A program made the position numbers and the translations under genes. The notes below the pieces were generated by a model. The model was not told the DNA's origin and searched no databases. It was given only the letters and a program-made list of their open reading frames with translations. From the IMG/VR virus record IMGVR_UViG_3300042090_001530, positions 32,001 through 96,000 of that record: 64,000 nucleotides of DNA. One strand, given 5' to 3'. The stretch comes from a virus (lineage: Duplodnaviria > Caudoviricetes). Positions 29,759-38,680 of the stretch are shown here, in pieces (the first letter of the stretch is position 1; each line of letters starts with the position of its first letter).

Positions 29759-30282
29759 GTCTGTATCGGCACGTCCCGCACCCTCGCATCGCCGCCCGCA
29801 ACGATGATGGCCCGGCCAAGGTGGCGGACCAGCATTCGCGCGGGAGCGCAGTCCAGCGGTTCAATACGCGCCTCGCCCTGGCGACCACGAAGACGGTCGG
29901 CTCGATGTGGTGCGCCTACGCCTTCGCCCTGTTCGACTGCCTCGCGCTGCCGCAGGCGATCCAGGGCGGCCTTTTCGGCATCGTGCAGTGGGTCGCGTCG
30001 TTTTTCCTCCAACTGGTATTGTTGTCAATTATTTTAGTTGGACAGAACGTGCAGGCCGACGCGTCCGACAAGCGGTCCGAATCCACCTACCTCGACGCGG
30101 AAGCCATCCTTGACTCCGCGCGGCAGATCGCCGAGCACCTCGGCGCCCAGGACCAGCACCTGCTCACCCAGGACGACCGGCTCGCCGCGCTGGCGGACCG
30201 GTCCGACGCGCTCGCCGGCCAGCTGACCGCCCTGGTCATGCGCCTGACGCCTCCCGGCACGGAATCGGGCACGGAGCGTTGA
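29755..30282 (+). CDS. DUF1003-like membrane protein
   Basis: VGSMWCAY...QW...LQLVLLSIILVGQNVQ; GGGGAGG RBS, TTG start. Confidence 0.65.
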   Translation: MSLYRHVPHPRIAARNDDGPAKVADQHSRGSAVQRFNTRLALATTKTVGSMWCAYAFALFDCLALPQAIQGGLFGIVQWVASFFLQLVLLSIILVGQNVQADASDKRSESTYLDAEAILDSARQIAEHLGAQDQHLLTQDDRLAALADRSDALAGQLTALVMRLTPPGTESGTER

Positions 30283-30494
30283 CATCAGCCGAGACGGTGA
30301 TCGCCGCAGCGCTCATCAGCTCCCTGCCCGGCTGGGCCGCCGTCTACGTGACCATCGCCAATCGGCGTGCGCTAAGGAGGCAGACCGCCGTGCTCCGGGA
30401 GGACACCGTCACGCAGACCGCGCAGATCAAGGCTCATATCGACACCTCGGGCGCCCCCGTGTTCACGGAAGGACAGGGCGAAGCAGGCAAATAA
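30279..30494 (+). CDS. Small single-TM protein (holin-like)
   Basis: Hydrophobic N-terminus and basic post-TM segment; lysis region. Confidence 0.45.
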   Translation: MTSAETVIAAALISSLPGWAAVYVTIANRRALRRQTAVLREDTVTQTAQIKAHIDTSGAPVFTEGQGEAGK

Positions 30495-30593
30495 GCCCGC
30501 AGACCGCGCGGCCTTAAACCCGGAACCGGTCGCCCCAACAGCCAGCCTCGCACACCGCCAGCCCCAGACCTCGGCTGACAAGAGAGGCCACCC

Positions 30594-31013
30594 GTGGCCG
30601 ACGACATGAGTCCAGGCGAAATCCGCCGAACGATCGAGCGCATCGAGCAGGCCCAGAGAGACTCGAACCGGGCGACCGACGACCGGATCAGTGAACTCGC
30701 ACGCAAAGCAGTGCCCGCCGAACTGTGGGCCAACGAACAAAGAAACATCACCGAACGCATCGAGCACGCGGAGCACGACCATGCCGAAGCGCTGCTCCGG
30801 ATGGAGAACCGCTCCCTGGAACGGTTCACCACGGTTCAGAACGAGTTGGCGGCGATCCGGGGCGACCTGCGCGACCACGAGCAGTCGCACAAAGAGTCGA
30901 CCGCGTGGAGCCGCAACCGGGTGTTGACTGCGATCGGGATCACGGTGGGGGCGTTCGCGACGCTCGCCGGTGCGTGGATCGCCGCCGTCATCGCCGCCAG
31001 GGGAGTGCATTAG
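30594..31013 (+). CDS. Coiled-coil protein with C-terminal TM helix (lysis module)
   Basis: AGAGAGG RBS; heptad-like N-part then VLTAIGITVGAFATLAGAWIAAVI. Confidence 0.6.
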   Translation: MADDMSPGEIRRTIERIEQAQRDSNRATDDRISELARKAVPAELWANEQRNITERIEHAEHDHAEALLRMENRSLERFTTVQNELAAIRGDLRDHEQSHKESTAWSRNRVLTAIGITVGAFATLAGAWIAAVIAARGVH

Positions 31014-31015
31014 GG

Positions 31016-32008
31016 ATGCCGTTGGTGGAGCGCAGGCGCAGAACCTTGATCGCTGGCAGTGTCGCTTTCGCGATCGCCCTGTTCGGCCTGGTCGTTTTCC
31101 TGATCGTCGTGGTGTCGCACGCGTCCACGCAGATCGCGGACCTGAACGCGGGTCGGGCGACACAGGACGCGCAGATCAACGGTCTCGCCGGGGCGGTGGA
31201 GTCGGCGAGGGCGCAGATCAAAGGGCTGGGTGCGACGCCGGTGGTGCCCGCGCCCTCGGAGATCTTGAAGACGATCACCGTGTCTGGTCCTGCCGGCCCG
31301 GCGGGTTCGCCGGGCGCGGCGGGCGTCGGGGCGACCGGGCCGGCTGGTGCGGTCGGTTTGCCGGGCGAACCCGGCGCCACTGGAGTCGGCGCGACAGGCC
31401 CGGCCGGCGCCAGCGGCGCGGCGGGCAGCCCGGGGGCTGCGGGCAGTCCCGGTGCGGCCGGCAGCCCTGGAGCCCAAGGCGTCCAGGGTGAACAGGGAGT
31501 CGCCGGAAACGCCGGCATGGAAGGCCCGGCGGGTCCCGCAGGGCCAGCGGGACCAAGCGGCGCCCAAGGAGCCCAGGGTTCGCCCGGCAGCGACCCGGCC
31601 GGCTGGTCGTGGACCGACCCGTCGGGCAACGTCTACACCTGCGCCGCGGATGGCCAGACGCCGTCGCCGAACTACGCATGCACGCTCGAGTCGTCCGCAT
31701 CAGCTTCGGCGACGGCGTCCGACAGCGCGAGCCCCAGTCCCGACCCGAGCTCCAGTTCAACGCCCAGCCCGAGCATGAGCCCCAATGCGAGCACGGCCCC
31801 GAGCGCGAGCATGAGCCCCGCACCGACAGCGACCGCATCTGACACCGCGCCCGACGCCCAGGCCGTCGCAGTGGACGCGTCCAGACCCACCGCGACGGCC
31901 GCCACCCCGGCGCCGACCGGCCCGCCCAGCCCGAGCCCCCGTGCCCTACTCCTACTCGCCATCCCGCTACTGCGGCGGGATGACCTTTACGCCATCGGAG
32001 AACACTGA
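31016..32008 (+). CDS. Membrane-anchored collagen-like protein
   Basis: N-terminal TM, coiled coil, about 30 Gly-X-Y triplets, small Cys pair, Ser/Pro/Thr linker, hydrophobic C-terminus. Confidence 0.75.
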   Translation: MPLVERRRRTLIAGSVAFAIALFGLVVFLIVVVSHASTQIADLNAGRATQDAQINGLAGAVESARAQIKGLGATPVVPAPSEILKTITVSGPAGPAGSPGAAGVGATGPAGAVGLPGEPGATGVGATGPAGASGAAGSPGAAGSPGAAGSPGAQGVQGEQGVAGNAGMEGPAGPAGPAGPSGAQGAQGSPGSDPAGWSWTDPSGNVYTCAADGQTPSPNYACTLESSASASATASDSASPSPDPSSSSTPSPSMSPNASTAPSASMSPAPTATASDTAPDAQAVAVDASRPTATAATPAPTGPPSPSPRALLLLAIPLLRRDDLYAIGEH

Positions 32009-32823
32009 TGCCACGCACCATGCTCGATGGCGTAAACGCCGGCGAGGTCCCGGCCGGCGCCGCGATCTACGCCGGATACGTGGACGGCAACTGGCAGTCC
32101 CTGACCGCCCTGACCGTCGCGCACCCGGGCGCCCTGCACGTGTCGATCTGTGTCAGTGCGACGGGCGACGCGCGCGTGCTCGACGTGGAGAAAGGCGACG
32201 CGACACCCGAACAGGCACCGGGCTGGACCGAACGGCAGCGTGCTGCAGGCAACGCGTACCCGGTCGTCTACTGCAACGAGAAGCAGAGCTGGCCCGCCGT
32301 GAAGACGGCGTTCACCGCGCAGGGCGTAGAACCGCCGCTCTACTGGGTCGCCGCCTACGTGGACGACCCGACGAAGGTCCCCGCGATCCCGGACGGCGCG
32401 ATCGGGCTGCAGTACTACGACTACGGCGGCTACGACGCCTCGGTGGTCGCCGACTACTGGCCCGGCCTCGACCCCGCACCCGCCCCGCCGGCCGCCGCGG
32501 CGCCGACCGTCACCACGCCCAAGGAACAGGACGACGACATGGCCCAGATCGAACCGCTAGCCGTACACCCCGGCGAGTACGCGTACGCGTTCGCCCCCGA
32601 CAAGACAGAGATGGTGCTCGTCGCCGACGGATACTCCAACCCGGCCGCGTCCGTCCGGATCGCCATGTGGGGCGGCGACGAGCCCAGCGTCCTCGAGTCC
32701 GTCGAGATCGGCGGCATATCCGGGCAGCACACGTGGGGCCATCCGCTGGGCGCCGGCGTGACCGGCGTGACCGTGCGGCGGCTCGACGGGCAGGACTACC
32801 CGATCGGAGTGGCCTTCCAGTAG
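32008..32823 (+). CDS. Endolysin, GH25-like muramidase
   Basis: VLDVEKGDA (DxE), PVVYCN, YWVAAY, LQY pattern; Pro/Ala linker and C-terminal domain. Confidence 0.7.
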   Translation: MPRTMLDGVNAGEVPAGAAIYAGYVDGNWQSLTALTVAHPGALHVSICVSATGDARVLDVEKGDATPEQAPGWTERQRAAGNAYPVVYCNEKQSWPAVKTAFTAQGVEPPLYWVAAYVDDPTKVPAIPDGAIGLQYYDYGGYDASVVADYWPGLDPAPAPPAAAAPTVTTPKEQDDDMAQIEPLAVHPGEYAYAFAPDKTEMVLVADGYSNPAASVRIAMWGGDEPSVLESVEIGGISGQHTWGHPLGAGVTGVTVRRLDGQDYPIGVAFQ

Positions 32824-32893
32824 GCCGAGGATCCGCAAGACCCCGAACGGCGACTCGCCGGACGGGTAACCGATCATCTGACTATCCGGCCTC

Positions 32894-32937
32894 GCGCCCC
32901 TTTCTCGGTTTTCGAACCGGGGAGGGGGCGCGCTTTC
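32894..32937 (+). terminator. Terminator closing the late operon
   Basis: GCGCCCCTTTCTCGGTT-TTCG-AACCGGGGAGGGGGCGC followed by GCTTTCT. Confidence 0.65.
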
Positions 32938-32958
32938 TGCATTCCCGGGACTCGCGCC

Positions 32959-33657
32959 TCAAGCTCCGCGGACGCCCTCGCCCCCGCGCCGCCTCGACAG
33001 CGGCAGCACTGCGGCGTCTCGCGGCTCGGACGGCCGCCCGCCAGGGCCCTGCTCGGCCAACTGCTCCAGCCAGCCCTGGTCACTGCGGCACCGCTCGTGC
33101 AGCTGGCACTGAAGGTCGAAAGCCGCCTCGCGCCGTGCCGCGCAGCCCCCAGCCACTGCGCACACCGTACTTGAAACCCCGGCGCTCAGGAGCACGAGCA
33201 ACATGCCGAGGTCCACCACTCGCGGCGTGCCGTAGGCGCCCACTGCGAGTTGCCCGGTGTAAATCGCCGCGAGGGTCCAAGCGACGGCGGCGGACTGCCC
33301 GAGGGTGCGTCGCACCCAGCCGAGGGACCGCCACCGCCTGCGCCCCGGCACAAGCAGCGCGTCCAGCTGTGGGTCACCGAGGTTGAAGCCGCCGGTCATC
33401 GCTCGGCCGATGCGCGGATCCTCGCTGCCGGTCATCGCCAGGGCCATGCCGAGGCATGCAGCGTGCACGAGCCAGCTGATGCACAGGGCGAATGCGAAGC
33501 TGCCGAACGGCGGGTCGGCCAACTGGACAAGGATCAGCACGAGCGCGGCGAGCGCGGCGAGGGCCGAGAGTATGCCGGCGCTGCGGGTCAGCAGCAGTTC
33601 GCGGCGCGGCGCGGGCGCGGGCTGCTCGGATGGTTCACGTGTGGGCCGTTCCGGCAT
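32959..33657 (-). CDS. Hypothetical multi-pass membrane protein
   Basis: About four hydrophobic segments; GGGAGAG RBS on the minus strand. Confidence 0.55.
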   Translation of the reverse strand: MPERPTREPSEQPAPAPRRELLLTRSAGILSALAALAALVLILVQLADPPFGSFAFALCISWLVHAACLGMALAMTGSEDPRIGRAMTGGFNLGDPQLDALLVPGRRRWRSLGWVRRTLGQSAAVAWTLAAIYTGQLAVGAYGTPRVVDLGMLLVLLSAGVSSTVCAVAGGCAARREAAFDLQCQLHERCRSDQGWLEQLAEQGPGGRPSEPRDAAVLPLSRRRGGEGVRGA

Positions 33658-33894
33658 AGCACTCTCCCCAGATGTGACCCCCGGGGCCCCGACCGCCGGG
33701 CGCTTCGTGTGGACGATGCATGAGGTGTACGCCGGGGTCCGGGGCGCGCTCCAACGTTTCAGTGTAGGCAGCGCCCTGATGGCGCGCTTTCACCCGATCG
33801 GGTGGTCCGCGTTCGCCCGGCGCTCGCCCGGCGCTAGCCTAACTGCCGTACGCTGCCCTCGCGCCACCCGCCTGGGGCCGAGGGAAGGAATTCA

Positions 33895-34491
33895 GTGCAC
33901 GAGCGGTCGCCTGCCGATGTGCCGCCCCGGGCCCTGATGCTCTCGGGTGCCGCAGCGTTCCTCGTCGCGGCCGGCTTGTGGGCGGCCCAAGCGGTGCCCG
34001 CGCTGCGGATCAACTCCTCACTCCTGTTCTCCGTCATCTGCTGGCTGTTCGCATACTTCTGCTTCGCGTTGAAAACCAGTCAGATCACCCCGAGGTTCAC
34101 CTGGGTTTCGCGGGCGCTGGCCATTACGGTCGCCGCCGGCCAAGCCGCGCAGCCGCCCGCCCGGAACCGCGGCTCCGTGGACCTGGCCAGCAGGCCGGTG
34201 TACCGCAGATGCGGCCAGGTAGCCGCGTTTGCGATCACCGCGATGGCTGCCACCGACGCGCTGCTCGCCTTCGGCGTGATCCGCTTGGCGGGCGTCAACC
34301 TGCTACTCACGACCCTGTTCGTGCTGGGCGCGGCCAGCGAGTGCTTGTTCGTGCGCGTTGTGGGGCCGAAAGCTGAGGCGGCGGAACTGGCGATCCACCA
34401 AGCGCGCGCCGCCGCACGCTACGGCACATCCGGGGACCGCAGGCCGCTGACGCTGCTCGACGGCGCCCCACAGTCCTCGGACGAGACTTAG
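33895..34491 (+). CDS. Hypothetical multi-pass membrane protein
   Basis: About four hydrophobic segments; GGAAGGA RBS; divergent from the previous gene. Confidence 0.55.
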   Translation: MHERSPADVPPRALMLSGAAAFLVAAGLWAAQAVPALRINSSLLFSVICWLFAYFCFALKTSQITPRFTWVSRALAITVAAGQAAQPPARNRGSVDLASRPVYRRCGQVAAFAITAMAATDALLAFGVIRLAGVNLLLTTLFVLGAASECLFVRVVGPKAEAAELAIHQARAAARYGTSGDRRPLTLLDGAPQSSDET

Positions 34492-34502
34492 TGACCACGG
34501 CG

Positions 34503-35891
34503 TTAGGCGGCAAGCGCGACTAGGCCGGCTGCGGCCCACGCCGCGGCGACCGCGTTCGCCTGCCGCTGGTCGAGTTCCGGAAGCAGGTGCCCGTAGGTCT
34601 TGTCGGTGGTGATGACGCTCTCATGCCCGAGCCGCCGGGCGATCGCCGAGAGCGGCACGTTCCCGGCGATCTGCCATGCCACGTGCGTGTGGCGCAGGTC
34701 GTGGATGCGCGGAACCTTGCGCAGGGTGCCCTCGCAGCCGCATGGGCGCAGCCAGTACTGACGCAGATCTCGGCGGATCTGGCGCAGGTGGATGCGCTCC
34801 CCGTCGAGCACCATCCCCTCCTCGCGGTCCTGCACGCGATGCTCCTCGCAGCGCACGGCCCGGTAGACGGTCGGCTGCCACGCCAGGGAGAAGAAGCTGG
34901 AGTGGAACCAGGGTCCGCCCTCGGCCGCCGTGAACAGGAACGCGCCCGGCGCGCAGCCCTCGGCCGCTGCGGCGAACGCGGCGTCGACGTACGGGTCCAG
35001 GGTGATCCGTCGCCGCCCCGCCGTCGACTTCGGCTCCTTGAGCCTGCGCCCGCCCTCGATGGTCTGCCAGGAGCGCTGGACCTGGGTGGCGCCCGGCGCC
35101 CAGTCTCCGGCCTGCTGTGCGGCCATCTCCGAGAACCGCATGCCGGTCCCCGCGAACGCGATCAGGATCGGGCGGTGCTCCGGCTTCGCGGCGGCGAGCA
35201 GCAGCGCGAACTCGACCGGGGTGAGGAACACCATCTCCTCGCCGGTCGCGTCGTCCAGCCGCGGCAGCCTAGTGTCGGCGCACGGGTTGAACCTGCGCAG
35301 CGGGCGCTCGCCGCGGGTGGCGGACTCGGCGATCGAGTACAGCAGGCCGTGCGCGTTGGCGATGGTCTTCGGGGACTTGGGGGTGCGCAGCCAGGCGAGT
35401 TCGTTCTCCGGGTCGCGCACGCCGGCCTCGAGCCAGTTGACCCAGGCTGCGACGTCGCGTTCGCTGAACGTGTCGAGGTCGGCGAGGTCGGCGTCGGCGA
35501 GTTGCGGGAACACGGCGAAGTAGTTGGCGATGAGGCGGTGGTAGTCGGCGCGGGTCTTGGCCTGGATGCCGGTGAGGTGGTTGACGTAGTCGGTGGCGTA
35601 GTCGAGCAGCGGCTTGGGTTCGCCGCGCGAGGTTTCGGCCTGCAGGAGCGCTGCGGTCCTGGTGGCGGTGGCGAACTGTTCGGGGGTGACGTAGCCGTGC
35701 CTAGCGATGTAGTTGGGGGGCCAGTGCTGCCCGTGGAAGTCGACGTCGTTCTTGAAGTGCTCGGCTGCGGCGAGGTCGGTGCCGAAGGGCTCGCGTTCGC
35801 GCTTGCCGCCGCGCCTGCCGCCTTCGATCCACGCGACGCGGTAGGTGGTGGTGGTCTTGTTGACCCGGGTTTCGATGGTCGCCATGTCCAC
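34503..35891 (-). CDS. int: Tyrosine integrase
   Basis: GTGMRFSE (R), EPKS (K), IHDLRH (HxxR), RLGH, TYGHL (Y); N-terminal arm-binding-like domain; Cys/His insertion. Confidence 0.95.
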   Translation of the reverse strand: MDMATIETRVNKTTTTYRVAWIEGGRRGGKREREPFGTDLAAAEHFKNDVDFHGQHWPPNYIARHGYVTPEQFATATRTAALLQAETSRGEPKPLLDYATDYVNHLTGIQAKTRADYHRLIANYFAVFPQLADADLADLDTFSERDVAAWVNWLEAGVRDPENELAWLRTPKSPKTIANAHGLLYSIAESATRGERPLRRFNPCADTRLPRLDDATGEEMVFLTPVEFALLLAAAKPEHRPILIAFAGTGMRFSEMAAQQAGDWAPGATQVQRSWQTIEGGRRLKEPKSTAGRRRITLDPYVDAAFAAAAEGCAPGAFLFTAAEGGPWFHSSFFSLAWQPTVYRAVRCEEHRVQDREEGMVLDGERIHLRQIRRDLRQYWLRPCGCEGTLRKVPRIHDLRHTHVAWQIAGNVPLSAIARRLGHESVITTDKTYGHLLPELDQRQANAVAAAWAAAGLVALAA

Positions 35892-35938
35892 GATCGTGCG
35901 CCTGCGGACGGGTCGGGCGGGGGGCGTTTTGCCGACTT

Positions 35939-36039
35939 GTTACCCCGCGCGTTACCCCGTGCGCTGAACGATCAAGGCCCCTGCTGCTTTACGGCAGCTC
36001 AGGGGCCTTGTCGAGAAGAGGTGGAGACGGGATTTGAAC
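35939..36039. other. Putative attP: direct repeats, hairpin and tRNA/tmRNA 3'-end-like core
   Basis: GTTACCCC twice (35939, 35951); inverted repeat 35973-36010; minus strand of 36020-36039 reads GTTCAAATCCCGTCTCCACC. Confidence 0.6.
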
Positions 36040-36193
36040 TGTGGTACACCCGCACCTCTACCTGCATCTTTGCTGCTGAGACCACTATAGCAGGTGCCAC
36101 CGGTCGCAAAAACTGGCCAGAGGTCGCAAGGACCGACCTGCACGTTTCCCCGCAGGACACCCCGTGCCGGGGGCGCCCTTCGCCGACGCCGAG

Positions 36194-36958
36194 TCAAGAA
36201 GCGCGCCCGTTGCGCCCGCGGTCCTCTTCGGCATCCGGGTCGGCCTTGCGGAGCCGGTCGGCCTCTGCGGCCTCCCGCGGGTAGCGGGCCGCGCGCAGCG
36301 CCTCGACCTCGTCCGCGCCGAGGATGCGCGCGGTGAACACCGCCTCCATCGCGGTCGGCGCGGCGGCCCCCGCGATCCACGCGGTGATCGCGGCCTCGGG
36401 GATGGTGCGCTCGCTGCGCGCGGCCACCTCGGCGGGGGTCATCCGCGCGTCGGCGAGTGCCTGCTCGAGGAACGCCGCCCACGGTGAGATGGCACGCCCG
36501 GCCCTGGCGTGCGGTGGCGCTGCGGCGGCGGCCGATCGGCGCGACCGGCCCTGGGCGTCGGCCAGGCGCAGTTCGAAATCGTGAAGGGTCTCGGCCTGCC
36601 GACGCAGGTATGACTGTTCGAGGTCGGCGCGCTGCTCGGCGGTGAGCATGCGGTCGGTGCGGATGCGCAGGAGCATCGGGTCGGTGCCCTGCTCGGTGCG
36701 GACGCTGCGGATCAGGCTGGCGGTGCCGGTCAGGCCGGCGGCGTCGAGGGCGGCGACGGCATCTCTGGCACGGACGGCGTGGGCGACGGCGATGACGGTT
36801 TCGGGGTCGGTGGGGGAGAAGGTGCCGCGGACCCAGCGGCTGATGGTTCCGGAGGGGAATCCGGTGGCGCGTTCGAGGTCGGCCTGGGTCATTTCGGCGT
36901 GGGTGAGGGCGGCGTTGAGCCATGACGCCCAAGTGGTGTTGGCGTCGGCGCGTGGCAT
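36194..36958 (-). CDS. Immunity repressor with two XRE-type HTH domains
   Basis: MTQADLERATGFPSGTISRWVRG and MTPAEVAARSERTIPEAAITAWIAG; divergent from the cro-like gene. Confidence 0.8.
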   Translation of the reverse strand: MPRADANTTWASWLNAALTHAEMTQADLERATGFPSGTISRWVRGTFSPTDPETVIAVAHAVRARDAVAALDAAGLTGTASLIRSVRTEQGTDPMLLRIRTDRMLTAEQRADLEQSYLRRQAETLHDFELRLADAQGRSRRSAAAAAPPHARAGRAISPWAAFLEQALADARMTPAEVAARSERTIPEAAITAWIAGAAAPTAMEAVFTARILGADEVEALRAARYPREAAEADRLRKADPDAEEDRGRNGRAS

Positions 36959-36989
36959 CAATCTTCAGCTTCCGGCGGGTACGGGATGG

Positions 36990-37193
36990 CTTCCTGTGCG
37001 AAGGAAGCCTATCGGTGTTCAGCCTACAGACGCCACCGTATGTCCGCCATAGGTGCCGCCAGACTTTCCGCAGCACTCGCATATGCACGCACGCCCCGGC
37101 AGGCCAGAGCACGTTTCGCCGCACCGGTTGCGCTTCCCATGCGAAGGGGGTAGCTTCCTTCATGTACGAAGGAATAGACCTTCTTGTAAGAAG
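36990..37193. promoter_or_regulatory. Four CTTC-N6-GAAG operators in the genetic switch
   Basis: 36990 CTTCCTGTGCGAAG; 37133 CTTCCCATGCGAAG; 37158 CTTCATGTACGAAG; 37180 CTTCTTGTAAGAAG. Confidence 0.75.
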
Positions 37194-37222
37194 GACACCA
37201 CGTCGCCCCACCGGAGACCCCC

Positions 37223-37576
37223 ATGTCAACCCGACAGTCCGGCTGGATCTACCAGCTGCGCAATGCCGAGTTCCCTGACGAGAACGGGAACCTCGGCCGC
37301 GACGCGCTCGCCTGGCTTACCAAGATCAACCCGTCATGGACCAACCCAGACGGATCTCCCTGCATCGAACGCATCGCGCGGTCCGCAGGCGTCAACCCCC
37401 CCACCCTCCAGCGCATCTACCGCCGCACGATGGACCTTAACCTGCAGGTCCTGGCCGCTCTCGTCGGCGTCTCCGGGCGGCCGCGCGACGTGGCCGAAGA
37501 GGCACTCGCCCAGTTCGTCGAACTGGCCCAGGGCTCCGAGCCGCTCGCCGACGAGCGCGAACTGGCGGTTGCATGA
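37223..37576 (+). CDS. Cro-like HTH regulator
   Basis: IERIARSAGVNPPTLQRIY HTH; first rightward early gene. Confidence 0.65.
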   Translation: MSTRQSGWIYQLRNAEFPDENGNLGRDALAWLTKINPSWTNPDGSPCIERIARSAGVNPPTLQRIYRRTMDLNLQVLAALVGVSGRPRDVAEEALAQFVELAQGSEPLADERELAVA

Positions 37577-37833
37577 TGGACGCCTACCTGACCGTCGCAG
37601 AACTCGGCCAACTGCTCAAACTGACGCCGCGCACCGTGCGCAGGCGCGTGAAGAACGAGGGCTGGCCGCACTGGGGCGAAGGGGCCGGGATGCGCTTCTC
37701 GCCCGAACACTGCGCCTCGATCAAGGCGATGGGCGAGCACGTGCCGCAGCCCGCCGCAGAGCCACCGGCCTTCGACCTCGCGCGGGCGGTCGCCGGAATC
37801 AACCGGATGAACCGGCACGCAGCACCCCGCTAG
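37573..37833 (+). CDS. Excisionase-like HTH_17 protein
   Basis: YLTVAELGQLLKLTPRTVRR...MRFS. Confidence 0.75.
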   Translation: MMDAYLTVAELGQLLKLTPRTVRRRVKNEGWPHWGEGAGMRFSPEHCASIKAMGEHVPQPAAEPPAFDLARAVAGINRMNRHAAPR

Positions 37834-37919
37834 GCAAACAAACGCCGCCCGGCTCGGTCGTGACCCGAGCACAGGGCGGCAGTGACCACCAGAAACCGTC
37901 AAAGGAAGGTGGTGGCCTC

Positions 37920-38333
37920 ATGGTCACAGTACTTCTGCCTGCAGAATCGGGCAACTCAACACTCGATCACGCGATCTCGACGCGCGCCGACCTGGCCGCG
38001 ATCCTGCCGCCCGGCGTCGTCGCACGCCTTGAGCCCGACGTGTGGCACGACCTGTCGTTCATCGCCCCGCTGCGCATCCTCGCCGCCATCGACGACCCGC
38101 GCTGGCACGCCGCGGTGACCCCGATCCACATCGACTGGGCGTCGATCTACGCGTGGTCGCGGGCCCGGGGCGGGTTGCACACGGTGCGCCTGGCGGTGGA
38201 GATCGCAGCATCGATGTGCGGCGACCCGGGCGCCCGGCCGGACATGTGCGGCCTGCTGCGGCGCCTGGATGCGGAGCATGGTGCCGCGGTGCTGGACGCG
38301 CTGCGGCTCGCGGACGAGGGGCTCGCATCGTGA
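37920..38333 (+). CDS. Hypothetical protein
   Basis: GGAAGG RBS; coupled early operon. Confidence 0.55.
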   Translation: MVTVLLPAESGNSTLDHAISTRADLAAILPPGVVARLEPDVWHDLSFIAPLRILAAIDDPRWHAAVTPIHIDWASIYAWSRARGGLHTVRLAVEIAASMCGDPGARPDMCGLLRRLDAEHGAAVLDALRLADEGLAS

Positions 38334-38680
38334 CCGACCCGACGGCCGTGCAAGTCCTGCGCAGGGCGAAGGCCCTCCTCGTGGCCAACGGCTGGCTGCA
38401 GCGCGGCCACTACGACGCGCGGCAGCACCGCGCGGGGATGCCGGTCGCGAACTGCCGGCTGTGTATCCGCGGGGCGGTGAATGTCGCGGCGGGCTCTGCG
38501 GATCCGGTGCTCGGCTGCGACGCGTCCCATGCCGCACACGCCGCCGTCTCGCGGACGCTGCTCGCCGCCGGTTTCAAGGGCGGCACGATCCGTTTCAACG
38601 ACGCTCCGGGCCGCACGTTAGCCGACGTGTTCGCGCTGCTGGACCGCGCGATCGAGCTCGCGGGGACGGTGTCGGCATGA
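38330..38680 (+). CDS. Conserved phage hypothetical protein (DUF6197-like)
   Basis: GWLQRGHY...CIRGA...FNDAPGRTLADV pattern. Confidence 0.6.
   Translation: MTDPTAVQVLRRAKALLVANGWLQRGHYDARQHRAGMPVANCRLCIRGAVNVAAGSADPVLGCDASHAAHAAVSRTLLAAGFKGGTIRFNDAPGRTLADVFALLDRAIELAGTVSA

Noticed and set aside
29995-30045. AT-rich patch as a promoter or insertion
   Set aside because: It encodes the conserved Leu/Ile-rich TM segment of the DUF1003-like gene in frame.
36020-36039. Complete tRNA or tmRNA gene
   Set aside because: Only a 3' fragment is present and the upstream sequence forms no cloverleaf; treated as an att core.
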